Source: Aulosira sp. ZfuVER01
GTDB lineage: Bacteria; Cyanobacteriota; Cyanobacteriia; Cyanobacteriales; Nostocaceae
Assembly: GCA_034530615.2 (NCBI GenBank)
Contig: JAVRCV020000039.1
Coordinates: 32,001-96,000 of the forward strand
Length of the DNA stretch: 64,000 nucleotides
Reading direction: 5' to 3'
Below the pieces are notes generated by a model, which was not told the origin of the DNA, made no database searches, and was given only the letters and a program-made list of their open reading frames with translations. Of this stretch, positions 1 through 9,327 are shown in pieces (within the stretch, counting starts at the first letter, position 1; each line of letters starts with the position of its first letter). The translations under genes and the position numbers were made by a program.

Positions 1-125
1 TCAACTATAAATTTGAAAAATTTTCTAAGATATTCATAATTAGGTTATTCATCAAAACTCTGGAATTTTTCCGAAAAAGCTTTGGTTTCAAGGGTTCTTA
101 ATTTCTACTACCTAGATATAGATTA

Positions 126-247
126 ATACAGTTCAGTTAGGCTGAGATGCAATATGTCGTAGTAGGGCACGGCACCGATAAGATTACTGTATACACCAAA
201 AGATTGTGGACGCCGTGCCCCTACAATCTCTCTTAACTGAACCGTAT
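126..247. mobile_element. MITE-like element enclosing a REP-like palindrome
   Basis: Terminal inverted repeats ATACAGTTCAGTTAG (126-140) and TTAACTGAACCGTAT (233-247); internal GTAGGGCACGGCACC...CGCCGTGCCCCTAC inverted pair. Confidence 0.6.
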
Positions 248-260
248 AAGGATATAGAAT

Positions 261-289
261 ATCCCCGACTTCTTTAAGAAGTCGGGGAT
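261..289. terminator. Hairpin downstream of yajQ (terminator or repeat)
   Basis: ATCCCCGACTTCTT-T-AAGAAGTCGGGGAT perfect stem about 25 bp past the yajQ stop. Confidence 0.55.
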
Positions 290-312
290 CTGAACACCAA
301 GCTATAGTTGAT

Positions 313-804
313 TTAACGATAATTTGTAAATTGCAAAGCTACGGGTAAGTCTTCTTGCTTCAAACGCTGAATTACAGTTTGCAATTCATCTTTAGATTTA
401 GCTGTCACCCGCACCGCATCTCCTTGAATCGAAGCTTGCACTTTTTTAAACTCATCTCGAATCAATTTGGAAATTTGTTTGGCAATTTCTTGGCTAATAC
501 CTTTTTTGAGTTTAATTTCTTGCCGTACACGATTACCACTGGCTGATTCAACTTTGCCAAAATCAAAGATTTTCTGAGAGAGATTGCGTTTAGCAGCTTT
601 TTCTCGAAGAATGTTGTGTACAGAATCTAAGGTAAATTCACTGTCAGTATTAACGTCAATGCTTTCCTCACCTAACTCAACAGTAGTTGCAGTATCTTTG
701 AGGTCGTAACGGCCTTTGATTTCTCGCACAACTTGATCGACGGTGTTAACCAATTCTTGTCGGTCAAAGTCACTCACAATGTCAAAGGAATAATTAGAAG
801 CCAT
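313..804 (-). CDS. yajQ: YajQ family nucleotide/c-di-GMP-binding protein
   Basis: SFDIVS..DRQEL.N.VDQ..REI..RYDLK N-terminus, [10 protein letters not shown], ends LQFTNYR. Confidence 0.95.
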   Translation of the reverse strand: MASNYSFDIVSDFDRQELVNTVDQVVREIKGRYDLKDTATTVELGEESIDVNTDSEFTLDSVHNILREKAAKRNLSQKIFDFGKVESASGNRVRQEIKLKKGISQEIAKQISKLIRDEFKKVQASIQGDAVRVTAKSKDELQTVIQRLKQEDLPVALQFTNYR

Positions 805-1064
805 AGCACATCTTTGAATTTTGGATTTTGGATGTGAAATAGGGATTAGGGATGAGTCAATTGCTAATTATTACCCTCCTCTATAATCCCTGCTTTGCGA
901 TTGCAGATAAAAGAACAGCAGAAATAGATGGTTGTCACAGCATCATCAACCAAATCCATAAATAACATTAATTGTCGGTTATGGGCAATTAGGTAAACCT
1001 ATTACCCATGAACCATTCGTACTTCTCTTCTTTAGAATTAAACTCACGCAAACTCAGCCTCACG

Positions 1065-1568
1065 TTAGTCAAAGTAGAAAAGCGTAACCACTTTTCTCTG
1101 TTCTTCTGCATCTTTACAAGTTTGCAGCAGAGTACGACTGTCGTGAAATGCAAAGCAAATGAGTTGCTGGCAGCGGGAAATAATCTCCTTATTGCAAATG
1201 TAACTCGCTTCTGCGAGGGACAGATTATCGTTACTAGGATTTTCTACTAGGTGCATTACCAGTTCTAGCTGCTGACGCGATTCATGGGGCTGGCGTTCTA
1301 AGCTTTGGGGTAGAATCACCGTCAACAAATTGGCGTCAGCCCGCATTGCGCCTTTAATGGCAGCAGCATTGGTACCTGTAGCTCCAGAAGTAATAACCCG
1401 ATTGCCTGATAAAACCAAGGCATAGGTCATCATTTCAATGAGATTCTGGTGCGTAATCGGGACATGACGGGAACCCAGCAAGGCAATTCGTTTAGAACCT
1501 GTTTGCTGGATTGTTGCCAGTTCTTGCGCTAATGTATCGAGGTTAATAAGGTCTATTGACTGACTCAA
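1065..1568 (-). CDS. DprA/SLOG-like 'DNA recombination-mediator protein A' family protein
   Basis: IALLGSRH, TSGATGTNAAAIKGA, FAFHDSRTL; start placed at TTG 1568 (ORF is open to 1610). Confidence 0.75.
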   Translation of the reverse strand: MSQSIDLINLDTLAQELATIQQTGSKRIALLGSRHVPITHQNLIEMMTYALVLSGNRVITSGATGTNAAAIKGAMRADANLLTVILPQSLERQPHESRQQLELVMHLVENPSNDNLSLAEASYICNKEIISRCQQLICFAFHDSRTLLQTCKDAEEQRKVVTLFYFD

Positions 1569-1873
1569 AGATGGACGTAATGAGATGAAACGACCAGGAT
1601 ATTTTACCAAACAGAGTGTAAGTGCGAAGCCCTCTTGAGTTAGACTTTGCTACCTTTTCTCAATTATTGGTTGCGATAGTTGCATATTTTGTTAATAGTC
1701 AAGGGTTAAGAGTCAACAGTCAAATTCTTCCTCATCCTCCTCATCCCCCATCTTCCTCATGAGGGATAGCACGCCAGCACCTAGGAGGTGATAGCGAACT
1801 AATTCCTCGCTAGTAATAAAATCCTCTAATTGATGATTGAGCATTTATGCTCTGAATTTTTGAGTTGATGAGG

Positions 1874-2968
1874 TTAAGGTAACGCTGCTGCTGGATTTAA
1901 GCCTAGCTTGGATAACAAGCGTTCCAGGTCAAAATGCTCGCCCATCAACTGACGAATGCACTCTACTTTGATTGGTTCGTGAACACGCACTTGTCCAAAA
2001 GTGCGATCTACAATTTCCACAGTGGTGAGGGTATCTAAATCAACAGACAAAATGGGGATTTCTAGTTCGTCAGCACGACTTAGGATGAACTCGGGAGGTG
2101 GCAGTTGTCCAGTGAGGATGAGGCATTGAGTAGAAGTTTCCAATGCTGCTTGCTGAATTTCCACGCGATCGCCTCCTGTCACCACTGCCATATTTCGGCG
2201 TTTGCGAAAGTATTTGACAGCGGCATTGACATTCATCGCGCCAATTGCTAGGCTTTCCACCATTAAATCTAGGCGATCGCTACGACAGAGAACTTCGGCG
2301 TTTAACTGCTTCACCAGTTCACCGACACTGACACTGCGTAGTAAGTCACTTTTTGGTAGCATTGCTAACACAGGAATTCCCTGCTGCTCTAAGAATGGCC
2401 GCAAGAGATTGTTGACAGATTCTAGTTGTTCGCCAGGAATATCATTGAGTACAACACCGATCAAGCGATCGCCTATGCGCTGCTTGGCAGATAAAAGTGC
2501 CTCAACTGAAAGCAGAGATTTATAACGTGCTACTAACAATACGCTGGCATCTAATACTTGAGCCACTTGCGGCAAAGATAAGTTAAATAACTTACCTTCT
2601 TCCAAATCACCAGGTCCCTCTAGCAACACCAAATCTCCCTTGGAAATTGGCAAATATTGCTGGACTAGGGACTGCTGATAATCAGTTTTGTCTTCGCCAC
2701 GTAAGCGTTTTTGCACGCTGACTTCATCCAAAGCCAGCATTGTGGGAGCAAGTCGATTTTCGCTCAGGTTAAGGCTATTGGCAATGAACTGGACATCTTC
2801 CTCAAAGACCCTACCAACAGATACATTGAAACAGGTACCTAAAGGTTTGCCATAGGAAATATCCAGTCCTGTTTGCTGTAGCTGATAAGACAAACCTAGA
2901 ACTGTAGCAGATTTACCACTGTAAGTCTCAGTCGATCCAATCAGCAAATATTTCGCGGATTTTGGCAC
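1874..2968 (-). CDS. Phosphotransacetylase-family protein (BioD-like N-terminus plus DRTGG domain)
   Basis: YSGKS P-loop, YGKPLG, LLEGPG, VVTGGDR and LILTG motifs. Confidence 0.85.
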   Translation of the reverse strand: MPKSAKYLLIGSTETYSGKSATVLGLSYQLQQTGLDISYGKPLGTCFNVSVGRVFEEDVQFIANSLNLSENRLAPTMLALDEVSVQKRLRGEDKTDYQQSLVQQYLPISKGDLVLLEGPGDLEEGKLFNLSLPQVAQVLDASVLLVARYKSLLSVEALLSAKQRIGDRLIGVVLNDIPGEQLESVNNLLRPFLEQQGIPVLAMLPKSDLLRSVSVGELVKQLNAEVLCRSDRLDLMVESLAIGAMNVNAAVKYFRKRRNMAVVTGGDRVEIQQAALETSTQCLILTGQLPPPEFILSRADELEIPILSVDLDTLTTVEIVDRTFGQVRVHEPIKVECIRQLMGEHFDLERLLSKLGLNPAAALP

Positions 2969-3165
2969 ACATGCACTCCTATATTCAAAAGGAAGTAGAA
3001 TCCAGCTTGGTGTTTTCTAATTTTAGGTCGAACTTAGCGATCGCTGTTGTTACAAACCTCATTTCTAGGAGTTATTGCTCAAATCGCCAGAAAAATGCAT
3101 GACTCAAAATAAAGTCTTTTTCTGGCGATATTACTAAAATTATTAGATTTTCAGGCTCCGCCAGA

Positions 3166-3540
3166 TCATTCATCTATACGCAGCAGCTTGCGATAAAAAG
3201 CTTGAGAAAAATCGGTCAGGCGATGGCGTTTATAGTTGTCCATCAATTCAATTAAATAAGTTATAAACTCGGAACTCGCCATCATTATCTCGTAACTTAG
3301 CTCTGCATCGCCGTCAAACTGCATTCGGCAACGGGTCAAGTCTGAAGGTAGGCTAGCAACATTCCAGGTGGCAACAAAGGGAATATTTTCACTAGCCTCT
3401 ATTTTGCGATGACCTTCTAGGACGCCTTTTTGATAAAGACTGATGGCATAGGGTAAGAAGTTGCGCCTAGCGCCCTGAATGTAGGGTAGGTAAACACTTG
3501 CTTGTTGTTGGCTAGCTGGCTGAAGTTGCTCAATAGACAT
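3166..3540 (-). CDS. ebsA: Type IV pilus biogenesis / biofilm suppression protein EbsA
   Basis: VYLPY..RRNFLPYAISLY..G.LEG.RKIE...F.ATW; ends DFSQAFYRKLL; next to the DRTGG gene as usual in cyanobacteria. Confidence 0.8.
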   Translation of the reverse strand: MSIEQLQPASQQQASVYLPYIQGARRNFLPYAISLYQKGVLEGHRKIEASENIPFVATWNVASLPSDLTRCRMQFDGDAELSYEIMMASSEFITYLIELMDNYKRHRLTDFSQAFYRKLLRIDE

Positions 3541-4094
3541 CGTTAAATATTCCTCAAGTTATGTAAAAGTAACTGGGGATGAGAGTTTGGGTAAAGAAGT
3601 AGAGGGTGGAGGATTTTTCGCCGCCACTTTTGTTAAATAAAGAAGTAGGTGTCAATAGTAAGTATTCCCAAAAAATTCTGGTTTATACATTTTCTGCAAA
3701 ATACTGCTGAGTTCCGAGTTATACGAATTTGCATAGCAAAATCATCAGTGGAAAGCCTTTGCCAGTGCCATCTATGGTCGAGGCAATAAAGTTACTGTTA
3801 AGAAATATGTGAATGTCAGGTACAATAGGGTCGCATTAGCTTTTATGGAAGCTGAGAGCAATAACAATCAAAAATCTCTTCTATCTAGAGATAGATGCTG
3901 TTATTGTGACTTCTCTCAACAACTAGCTGTTGCTACTTGGCGATCGCTTTGCCTAAAGGCTCTATTTATGAGTCACAAGAGGTAGCAAATTACTGCCAAT
4001 CCAGGGCTAGCTCAAGGTTCTACAGTTTGGTGTTACCTGATTCTCAGCTTCTTTACAGGCGTAGACAAATAGTGGTTTTTGAATCAAGTAACCT

Positions 4095-5504
4095 ATGCCA
4101 GCGAATTTCTGGCCCGAAGACGATTCTAGCAACGAGCTTGCTCCGCTTGACTCTCTGTTGTCTGACCTTTCAGCAACCGAGGAGTTAGTAGTAGATACAG
4201 AACCTTTGTTTCTACCATTCCGGTTTCAAGGACGCAGACGCAAAGCGGCTCTAGTTTTGACTATAGTCTGGAGTAGCACGATCGCTCTGCATTTAGCTTC
4301 CTGGGGTTTTATATTCGTACTGGGTCTGACCACTATTCTAGGTATTCACGCTTTGGAGGTGGTATTTGCCAGACCCCGCCGTCATCCAAAACAAATGCAG
4401 GGAGATTTACCTTCTGTATCTGTTTTAGTGTCAGCTAAAAATGAGGAATCAGTAATTGGTAGATTAGTCAAGAGTCTTTGCAATCTGGAATATCCAGATG
4501 AGAAGTACGAACTATGGATAATTGACGATAACAGCAGTGACAGTACACCGCAGTTATTAACAGAACTGGCAAAGGAATACAAACAACTGAAAATCTTCCG
4601 GCGTACCGCACAAGCTACAGGCGGTAAATCTGGGGCATTGAATCAAGTTTTACCTCTGACTAAGGGTGAAATCATCGCAGTGTTTGATGCCGATGCCCAA
4701 GTATCACCAGACTTGTTGCTACAAGTAGTACCTTTATTCCAAAGAGAAAAGGTAGGGGCGGTGCAGGTACGAAAAGCGATCGCCAATGCCAACGAGAATT
4801 TTTGGACTAAAGGCCAAATGGCGGAGATGGCGCTGGATACCTATTTTCAGCAACAGCGGACTGCCCTTGGTGGAATTGGTGAACTGCGGGGTAACGGGCA
4901 ATTTGTCCGGCGTACAGCCTTAACAAGTTGCGGTGGGTGGAACGAAGAAACCATCACCGATGATTTGGATTTGACGCTGCGCTTACATCTAGACAACTGG
5001 GATATTGAGTGCGTATTCTCGCCAGCTGTAGAAGAAGAAGGTGTGACAAATGCGATCGCACTTTGGCATCAGCGCAACCGTTGGGCAGAAGGTGGATATC
5101 AGCGCTATTTAGATTACTGGGATTTGCTCCTGAAAAATCGCTTAGGGGTGCGCAAAACTTGGGATCTACTGAGCTTTATGCTGATTATGTACATCTTACC
5201 AACAGCAACAATCCCAGATTTATTAATGGCGATCGCCCGCCATCGTCCGCCAATATTAGGCCCCATCACAGGCTTGTCTGTTAGCCTTTCCATGATTGGG
5301 ATGTTCACTGGTTTAAGGCGGATTCATCAAGCAGAAAAATTCCAGTTTTCCACATATTTACTGTTACTGCTGCAAACCCTACGTGGCACTTTATATATGT
5401 TCCACTGGTTGGTAGTCATGAGCAGTACCACCGCCCGGATGTCATTCCGGCAAAAACGGCTGAAATGGGTGAAAACTGTGCATACAGGTGTGGAGAAAGC
5501 GTAA
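4095..5504 (+). CDS. mgdA: GT2 glycosyltransferase, monoglucosyldiacylglycerol synthase
   Basis: DDNSSD, GGKSGALN, VFDADA, TDDLD, QRNRWAEG motifs, N- and C-terminal TM helices, ends WVKTVH. Confidence 0.8.
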   Translation: MPANFWPEDDSSNELAPLDSLLSDLSATEELVVDTEPLFLPFRFQGRRRKAALVLTIVWSSTIALHLASWGFIFVLGLTTILGIHALEVVFARPRRHPKQMQGDLPSVSVLVSAKNEESVIGRLVKSLCNLEYPDEKYELWIIDDNSSDSTPQLLTELAKEYKQLKIFRRTAQATGGKSGALNQVLPLTKGEIIAVFDADAQVSPDLLLQVVPLFQREKVGAVQVRKAIANANENFWTKGQMAEMALDTYFQQQRTALGGIGELRGNGQFVRRTALTSCGGWNEETITDDLDLTLRLHLDNWDIECVFSPAVEEEGVTNAIALWHQRNRWAEGGYQRYLDYWDLLLKNRLGVRKTWDLLSFMLIMYILPTATIPDLLMAIARHRPPILGPITGLSVSLSMIGMFTGLRRIHQAEKFQFSTYLLLLLQTLRGTLYMFHWLVVMSSTTARMSFRQKRLKWVKTVHTGVEKA

Positions 5505-5556
5505 GAAAGTCAAGGGTCAATAGTTATTAGACTTTTGACTCTTGACTCTTTGTAAT

Positions 5557-7551
5557 TTATTCATCATCGAGATCCGATTCATCAAGTAAATCAGATCCAA
5601 CCATATTCTCAGAAAAGGCTACTGCATCATCTGACAAGCGGATTACTTGTCCTTGAAAAAATTCTGCTAATCGTTGAGCTGCGATCGCTACTTCATCAGT
5701 TTCCCAATCACCAGGAGGTGTGGGGGCTGGAGATGGTGGCAAAGTTTGCACTCTTCCATTGCCATTGCCATTGCCATTACCATTACTATTCCCTTTAGCC
5801 GCTGGCTCTGTTTTTGGTGGTGCTGGTGTGGGTGGTGGCTGTACTGGTGTAGGTGGTGGAGTTTGCCTGTCGTAACTAAGCGGCGGTGGCTGCTTAACAA
5901 TAGTTGAGCCGTTGCTCGGAGGGTGTTTCTTGGTTGAACTAGAGGTTGAGGGAGTTCCGACTTCTAAGCTGACTTTGACTTCCCGCTGGAAAGTTTGCTG
6001 AAAAGCAGCGGTAATCATCTGCAAATCTGATTGTACTTTTTTATGCCATGCTGCTTTCACGCCAACACGGGCGTAAGCACCATCAAATTCTATAAGATGG
6101 CACATTTGTCGCAGTAACTCTCGCCTCGGTATCTGCTGAATATTACTAAGAACTTGCTGCCAAATTTGGGTAAAATCTGCTGCTGTCGTTTCAACAATTT
6201 CCTGTGTAGGTGGTGCAGTAGCTACTGATTCTACAGGTGGATTTAATGGCTTCGGTTCCTCAGGTAGCTGAGAAACTATGACACTTTCTGGAGGCGGTGA
6301 TGATACCGCTTTCACAGCAGAGATGTTATTTGCTGGCTGGGGGATTGGGGAAACCGGGGGAGACGCAACAGAAGGGGGAGATGAGGTGATGGGGGGTTGG
6401 CTTGGTGAAACTGCTGGTGCGCTGATTCTCGGCAGTGCGCTTGCGACTTGCACCGGAATATTTGCACTTGGTAATAAGCCAAGCAATGTCACCTCTAACC
6501 ACAAACGCGGCTGGGTCGTGTTTTTAATTTGTAGTTCGGCTTCGCGTAAGTGTTTCTGCCCTGCCAAAATTGTACTTATGTCCAGCTTCTGGGCTAATCC
6601 AGTAAATGCTTGCCAGGTTTGCTCAGTACAAGCAACTAAATCTTGGCGGTTAGGTGCAGTTTTCGCAATGAGTAAATCGCGATAGCAAGCGGCGAGATTT
6701 TGCAAAATAGTCAGCGGTTCTCGACCGCGATCGAGGATTTTGCGGGTACTGTCGAGAATTGCTTCTGCATTATCTTGCGCGATCGCATCTAACAAGGCTA
6801 TCAAGTCCCGTTCGCTAACCGAACCGACTAAATCCCAAACTCTGTCTGGTACAATTTCACCCGACAACAGTGCTAATTGGTCGAGTAAACTTTCTGCATC
6901 CCGCAATCCTCCCTGCGCAATTTGGGCTACTAAGGTGACAGCATCTAGCGAAATATGAATGTTTTCTTTATGAGCGATCGCGCTTAAATGCTGCACCATC
7001 GCCTCTAAGTTGATGCGTCTAAAATCAAACCTTTGGCAACGAGAAATAATTGTGGGCAATACTCGCTGGGGGTCGGTTGTCGCTAATACAAAGACTACGT
7101 GTTTCGGTGGTTCTTCTAGCGTCTTTAGTAGCGCATTGAACGCCTGAGTACTGAGCATATGACATTCATCGATGACATACACCTTGTAACGGCACTGTAC
7201 AGGGGCGAACTGCGCTTTTTCTATAATCTCGCGGATGTTATCAACACCAGTGTTGCTGGCTGCGTCGATTTCAATCACATCTAAAGAGTAGCCTTTAGTA
7301 ATGCCCTGACAGACATCGCACAAACCACAAGGTTCAGCAGTCGGCTTACCACTACTAAGACAATTGAGGGATTTGGCGAGAATTCTTGCACTAGAAGTTT
7401 TTCCTGTACCTCTGGGGCCAGTAAATAAATAGGCAGGAGCGATTTTGGATGAGCGAATCGCGTTAGTGAGGGTGGTAGCGATCGCCTCTTGTCCCACTAA
7501 TTCAGCAAAACTCTTTGGGCGATACTTGTGGTGCAGGGGTTCGTAAGACAT
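5557..7551 (-). CDS. dnaX: DNA polymerase III subunit gamma/tau (no intein)
   Basis: HKYRP, GPRGTGKT, CxxC zinc module, EIDAAS, IDECHML, SRCQRF; long Pro-rich C-terminal region. Confidence 0.97.
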   Translation of the reverse strand: MSYEPLHHKYRPKSFAELVGQEAIATTLTNAIRSSKIAPAYLFTGPRGTGKTSSARILAKSLNCLSSGKPTAEPCGLCDVCQGITKGYSLDVIEIDAASNTGVDNIREIIEKAQFAPVQCRYKVYVIDECHMLSTQAFNALLKTLEEPPKHVVFVLATTDPQRVLPTIISRCQRFDFRRINLEAMVQHLSAIAHKENIHISLDAVTLVAQIAQGGLRDAESLLDQLALLSGEIVPDRVWDLVGSVSERDLIALLDAIAQDNAEAILDSTRKILDRGREPLTILQNLAACYRDLLIAKTAPNRQDLVACTEQTWQAFTGLAQKLDISTILAGQKHLREAELQIKNTTQPRLWLEVTLLGLLPSANIPVQVASALPRISAPAVSPSQPPITSSPPSVASPPVSPIPQPANNISAVKAVSSPPPESVIVSQLPEEPKPLNPPVESVATAPPTQEIVETTAADFTQIWQQVLSNIQQIPRRELLRQMCHLIEFDGAYARVGVKAAWHKKVQSDLQMITAAFQQTFQREVKVSLEVGTPSTSSSTKKHPPSNGSTIVKQPPPLSYDRQTPPPTPVQPPPTPAPPKTEPAAKGNSNGNGNGNGNGRVQTLPPSPAPTPPGDWETDEVAIAAQRLAEFFQGQVIRLSDDAVAFSENMVGSDLLDESDLDDE

Positions 7552-8271
7552 AAGATTGCAGCACCCAGTCGAGTTTGGGATGACACGGTTTTGACAGTCC
7601 TCTGCTTTTGAGCGAGGGTATTTTGAGGTTGAACTTGCTTTTTTGGGTTCACGGGCAGTAAGTCCAGCACTAGACTGGAGTTAGCCAAATGCTACTGCCA
7701 AGCAGGTTCGCATGGTAACTTACCGAAAGCTAGAGTAGCAAGCTTCCTGCGTTCTCCCATGAGAAAATACTTTGGAAACCCAAACTTATTGTTTCCAAAT
7801 CATCAACTACTGTTTAACAGTTAGTACGCTATTTTTATATTGTTTATTGTTACTCAGTTGCTAGATTCAAAATTTATGTGCTTTCGTATAGCACTATTTA
7901 TCCTATATTTCTACAGGCACAGCCGAAGAGGTTTTCACCTGTGGCAATAGTCCAATTATATCAGAAGAGGACGGGGCTTAAAAGTTCAAAGGTTTTATTT
8001 GATACAATGTTGCTTCAGTATTAAAATCAGCCTTTGCAATATCCTTTTGTTGACCCTACCCCGATATCAGGCGTAGCTTTCAGCTTTTGCACTATATCTG
8101 GTAAACTACCCAGAACAAAACTCTACTTTAGCCTATTATGCGAGTTTTTCGTTGCAGCATGAGCAATAGAAAGTTTTTTCGGACTGAAGTTTGTGACTGT
8201 AAATGAATTATTGGCTTGATTAAAGCTATAGTAAACTGCGATCGCTACAATCTTAGGGTAAAGAATACTCA

Positions 8272-8970
8272 ATGGTGCAGCAGATGCTCAGGCGGCTCAT
8301 TCAGTGGTTTAAAAAGTTGTTTCAACGCTTGTTTGGTGGGAAACCAACTCGCTCCGAAGCTAGGAGAGATGTTCCCATAGAACCACCGCCACAACTCAGC
8401 GATACAGATTTAGAATTTCTGTTCAACGAACTTTTGGAGGGTGTGCATCAAGCACGAGGACAAGCGTGGGCAGTAAAGTGGCTACATAATATTGAACATC
8501 GCATCCCAACTGAACGCTGGGTTGCGTGGTTAGGAGTCTTAGGAGAAAGATTGCTCGCAGCACCTACACCTAATAATGAATTAGCAACCCGGCTAGTACA
8601 ACTAGGTGATTTAGGTGTGGGCGAAGTAGGAGACGTTGCCTACGATATCGGGATGCAATTGTTGACGCGCAATCAAGGCGGCGAACCAGTTTGGGAATAT
8701 GCCGGGCCAGATGCTGTGACATCTGCACCACCGCCAGAGAATGACTTGGTAACAAGTGCAGCGGATACAGAAGACAATGTTTCTGAGGAAGGTTATCAAA
8801 CTGTTACCTTGGAACAGCTGTTTGCCATGATGCAGGAGGATGAAACCTTATCCCAGCAGGTTGCTCAACAACTGGGACTTGAGACAAACGACCCACAAGT
8901 TATTATCCAAGCATTGATTAATCAGTATCATGCTGCAAATCAAGAGGCTACAGAACAAACAGAGTCTTGA
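8272..8970 (+). CDS. Hypothetical protein, paralogue of the N-terminal region of the downstream TPR-CHAT protein
   Basis: Aligns by eye to roughly residues 1-340 of 9328..13110 (MLRRL.QW.KKLFQ, DLE.LF..LLEGV.QARG, GERLL..P.PN..LA.R..QLG.LG.G.VGD..YDIG..LL.RN). Confidence 0.85.
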   Translation: MVQQMLRRLIQWFKKLFQRLFGGKPTRSEARRDVPIEPPPQLSDTDLEFLFNELLEGVHQARGQAWAVKWLHNIEHRIPTERWVAWLGVLGERLLAAPTPNNELATRLVQLGDLGVGEVGDVAYDIGMQLLTRNQGGEPVWEYAGPDAVTSAPPPENDLVTSAADTEDNVSEEGYQTVTLEQLFAMMQEDETLSQQVAQQLGLETNDPQVIIQALINQYHAANQEATEQTES

Positions 8971-9039
8971 CTTTCTCGCCCAAAAGCAAAAAAATAGTCG
9001 CACTGTGGGAAATTCAAAATTCACGTTAAGGTAAATCAC

Positions 9040-9143
9040 CTAGTACCGTTACGCGAAATTCGGATATTTATAATTCGTAATTACTTTTTTGCAAAGGTTA
9101 CAGAATTTATAATGGGTGGTTTATTTACACCATGTTCTACTAG
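9040..9143 (+). mobile_element. CTAG-bounded ~100-bp MITE-like repeat, copy 1
   Basis: CTAGTACCGTTACGCG...AATGGGTGGTTTATTTACACCATGTTCTACTAG; closely matches 59899-60002. Confidence 0.75.
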
Positions 9144-9166
9144 TAACTACGGACTATTGGCTAATT

Positions 9167-9200
9167 TCCAATGCCCCGTGCCCCATGCCCCATGCCCAAT
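9167..9200. repeat. STRR heptamer tandem repeat (CCCCATG-like)
   Basis: tccaatgccccgtgccccatgccccatgcccaat. Confidence 0.8.
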
Positions 9201-9327
9201 ACGCAATCGTGATGAATTATTTCACAACTTTTTTATCTTGTGACTCGTGGCTTTTTACGTAATTCACGATCTTTTTAACACAACGATGGCTACAATCTAG
9301 GTTAAACAAAATCCAAGAGTGTGACAG

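Noticed and set aside
7552..8270. SRP RNA (ffs), often found upstream of dnaX
   Set aside because: No TCAGG.CCGGAAGG.AGCAGC core on either strand; CCGAAAGCTAGAGTAGCAAGC is only superficially similar
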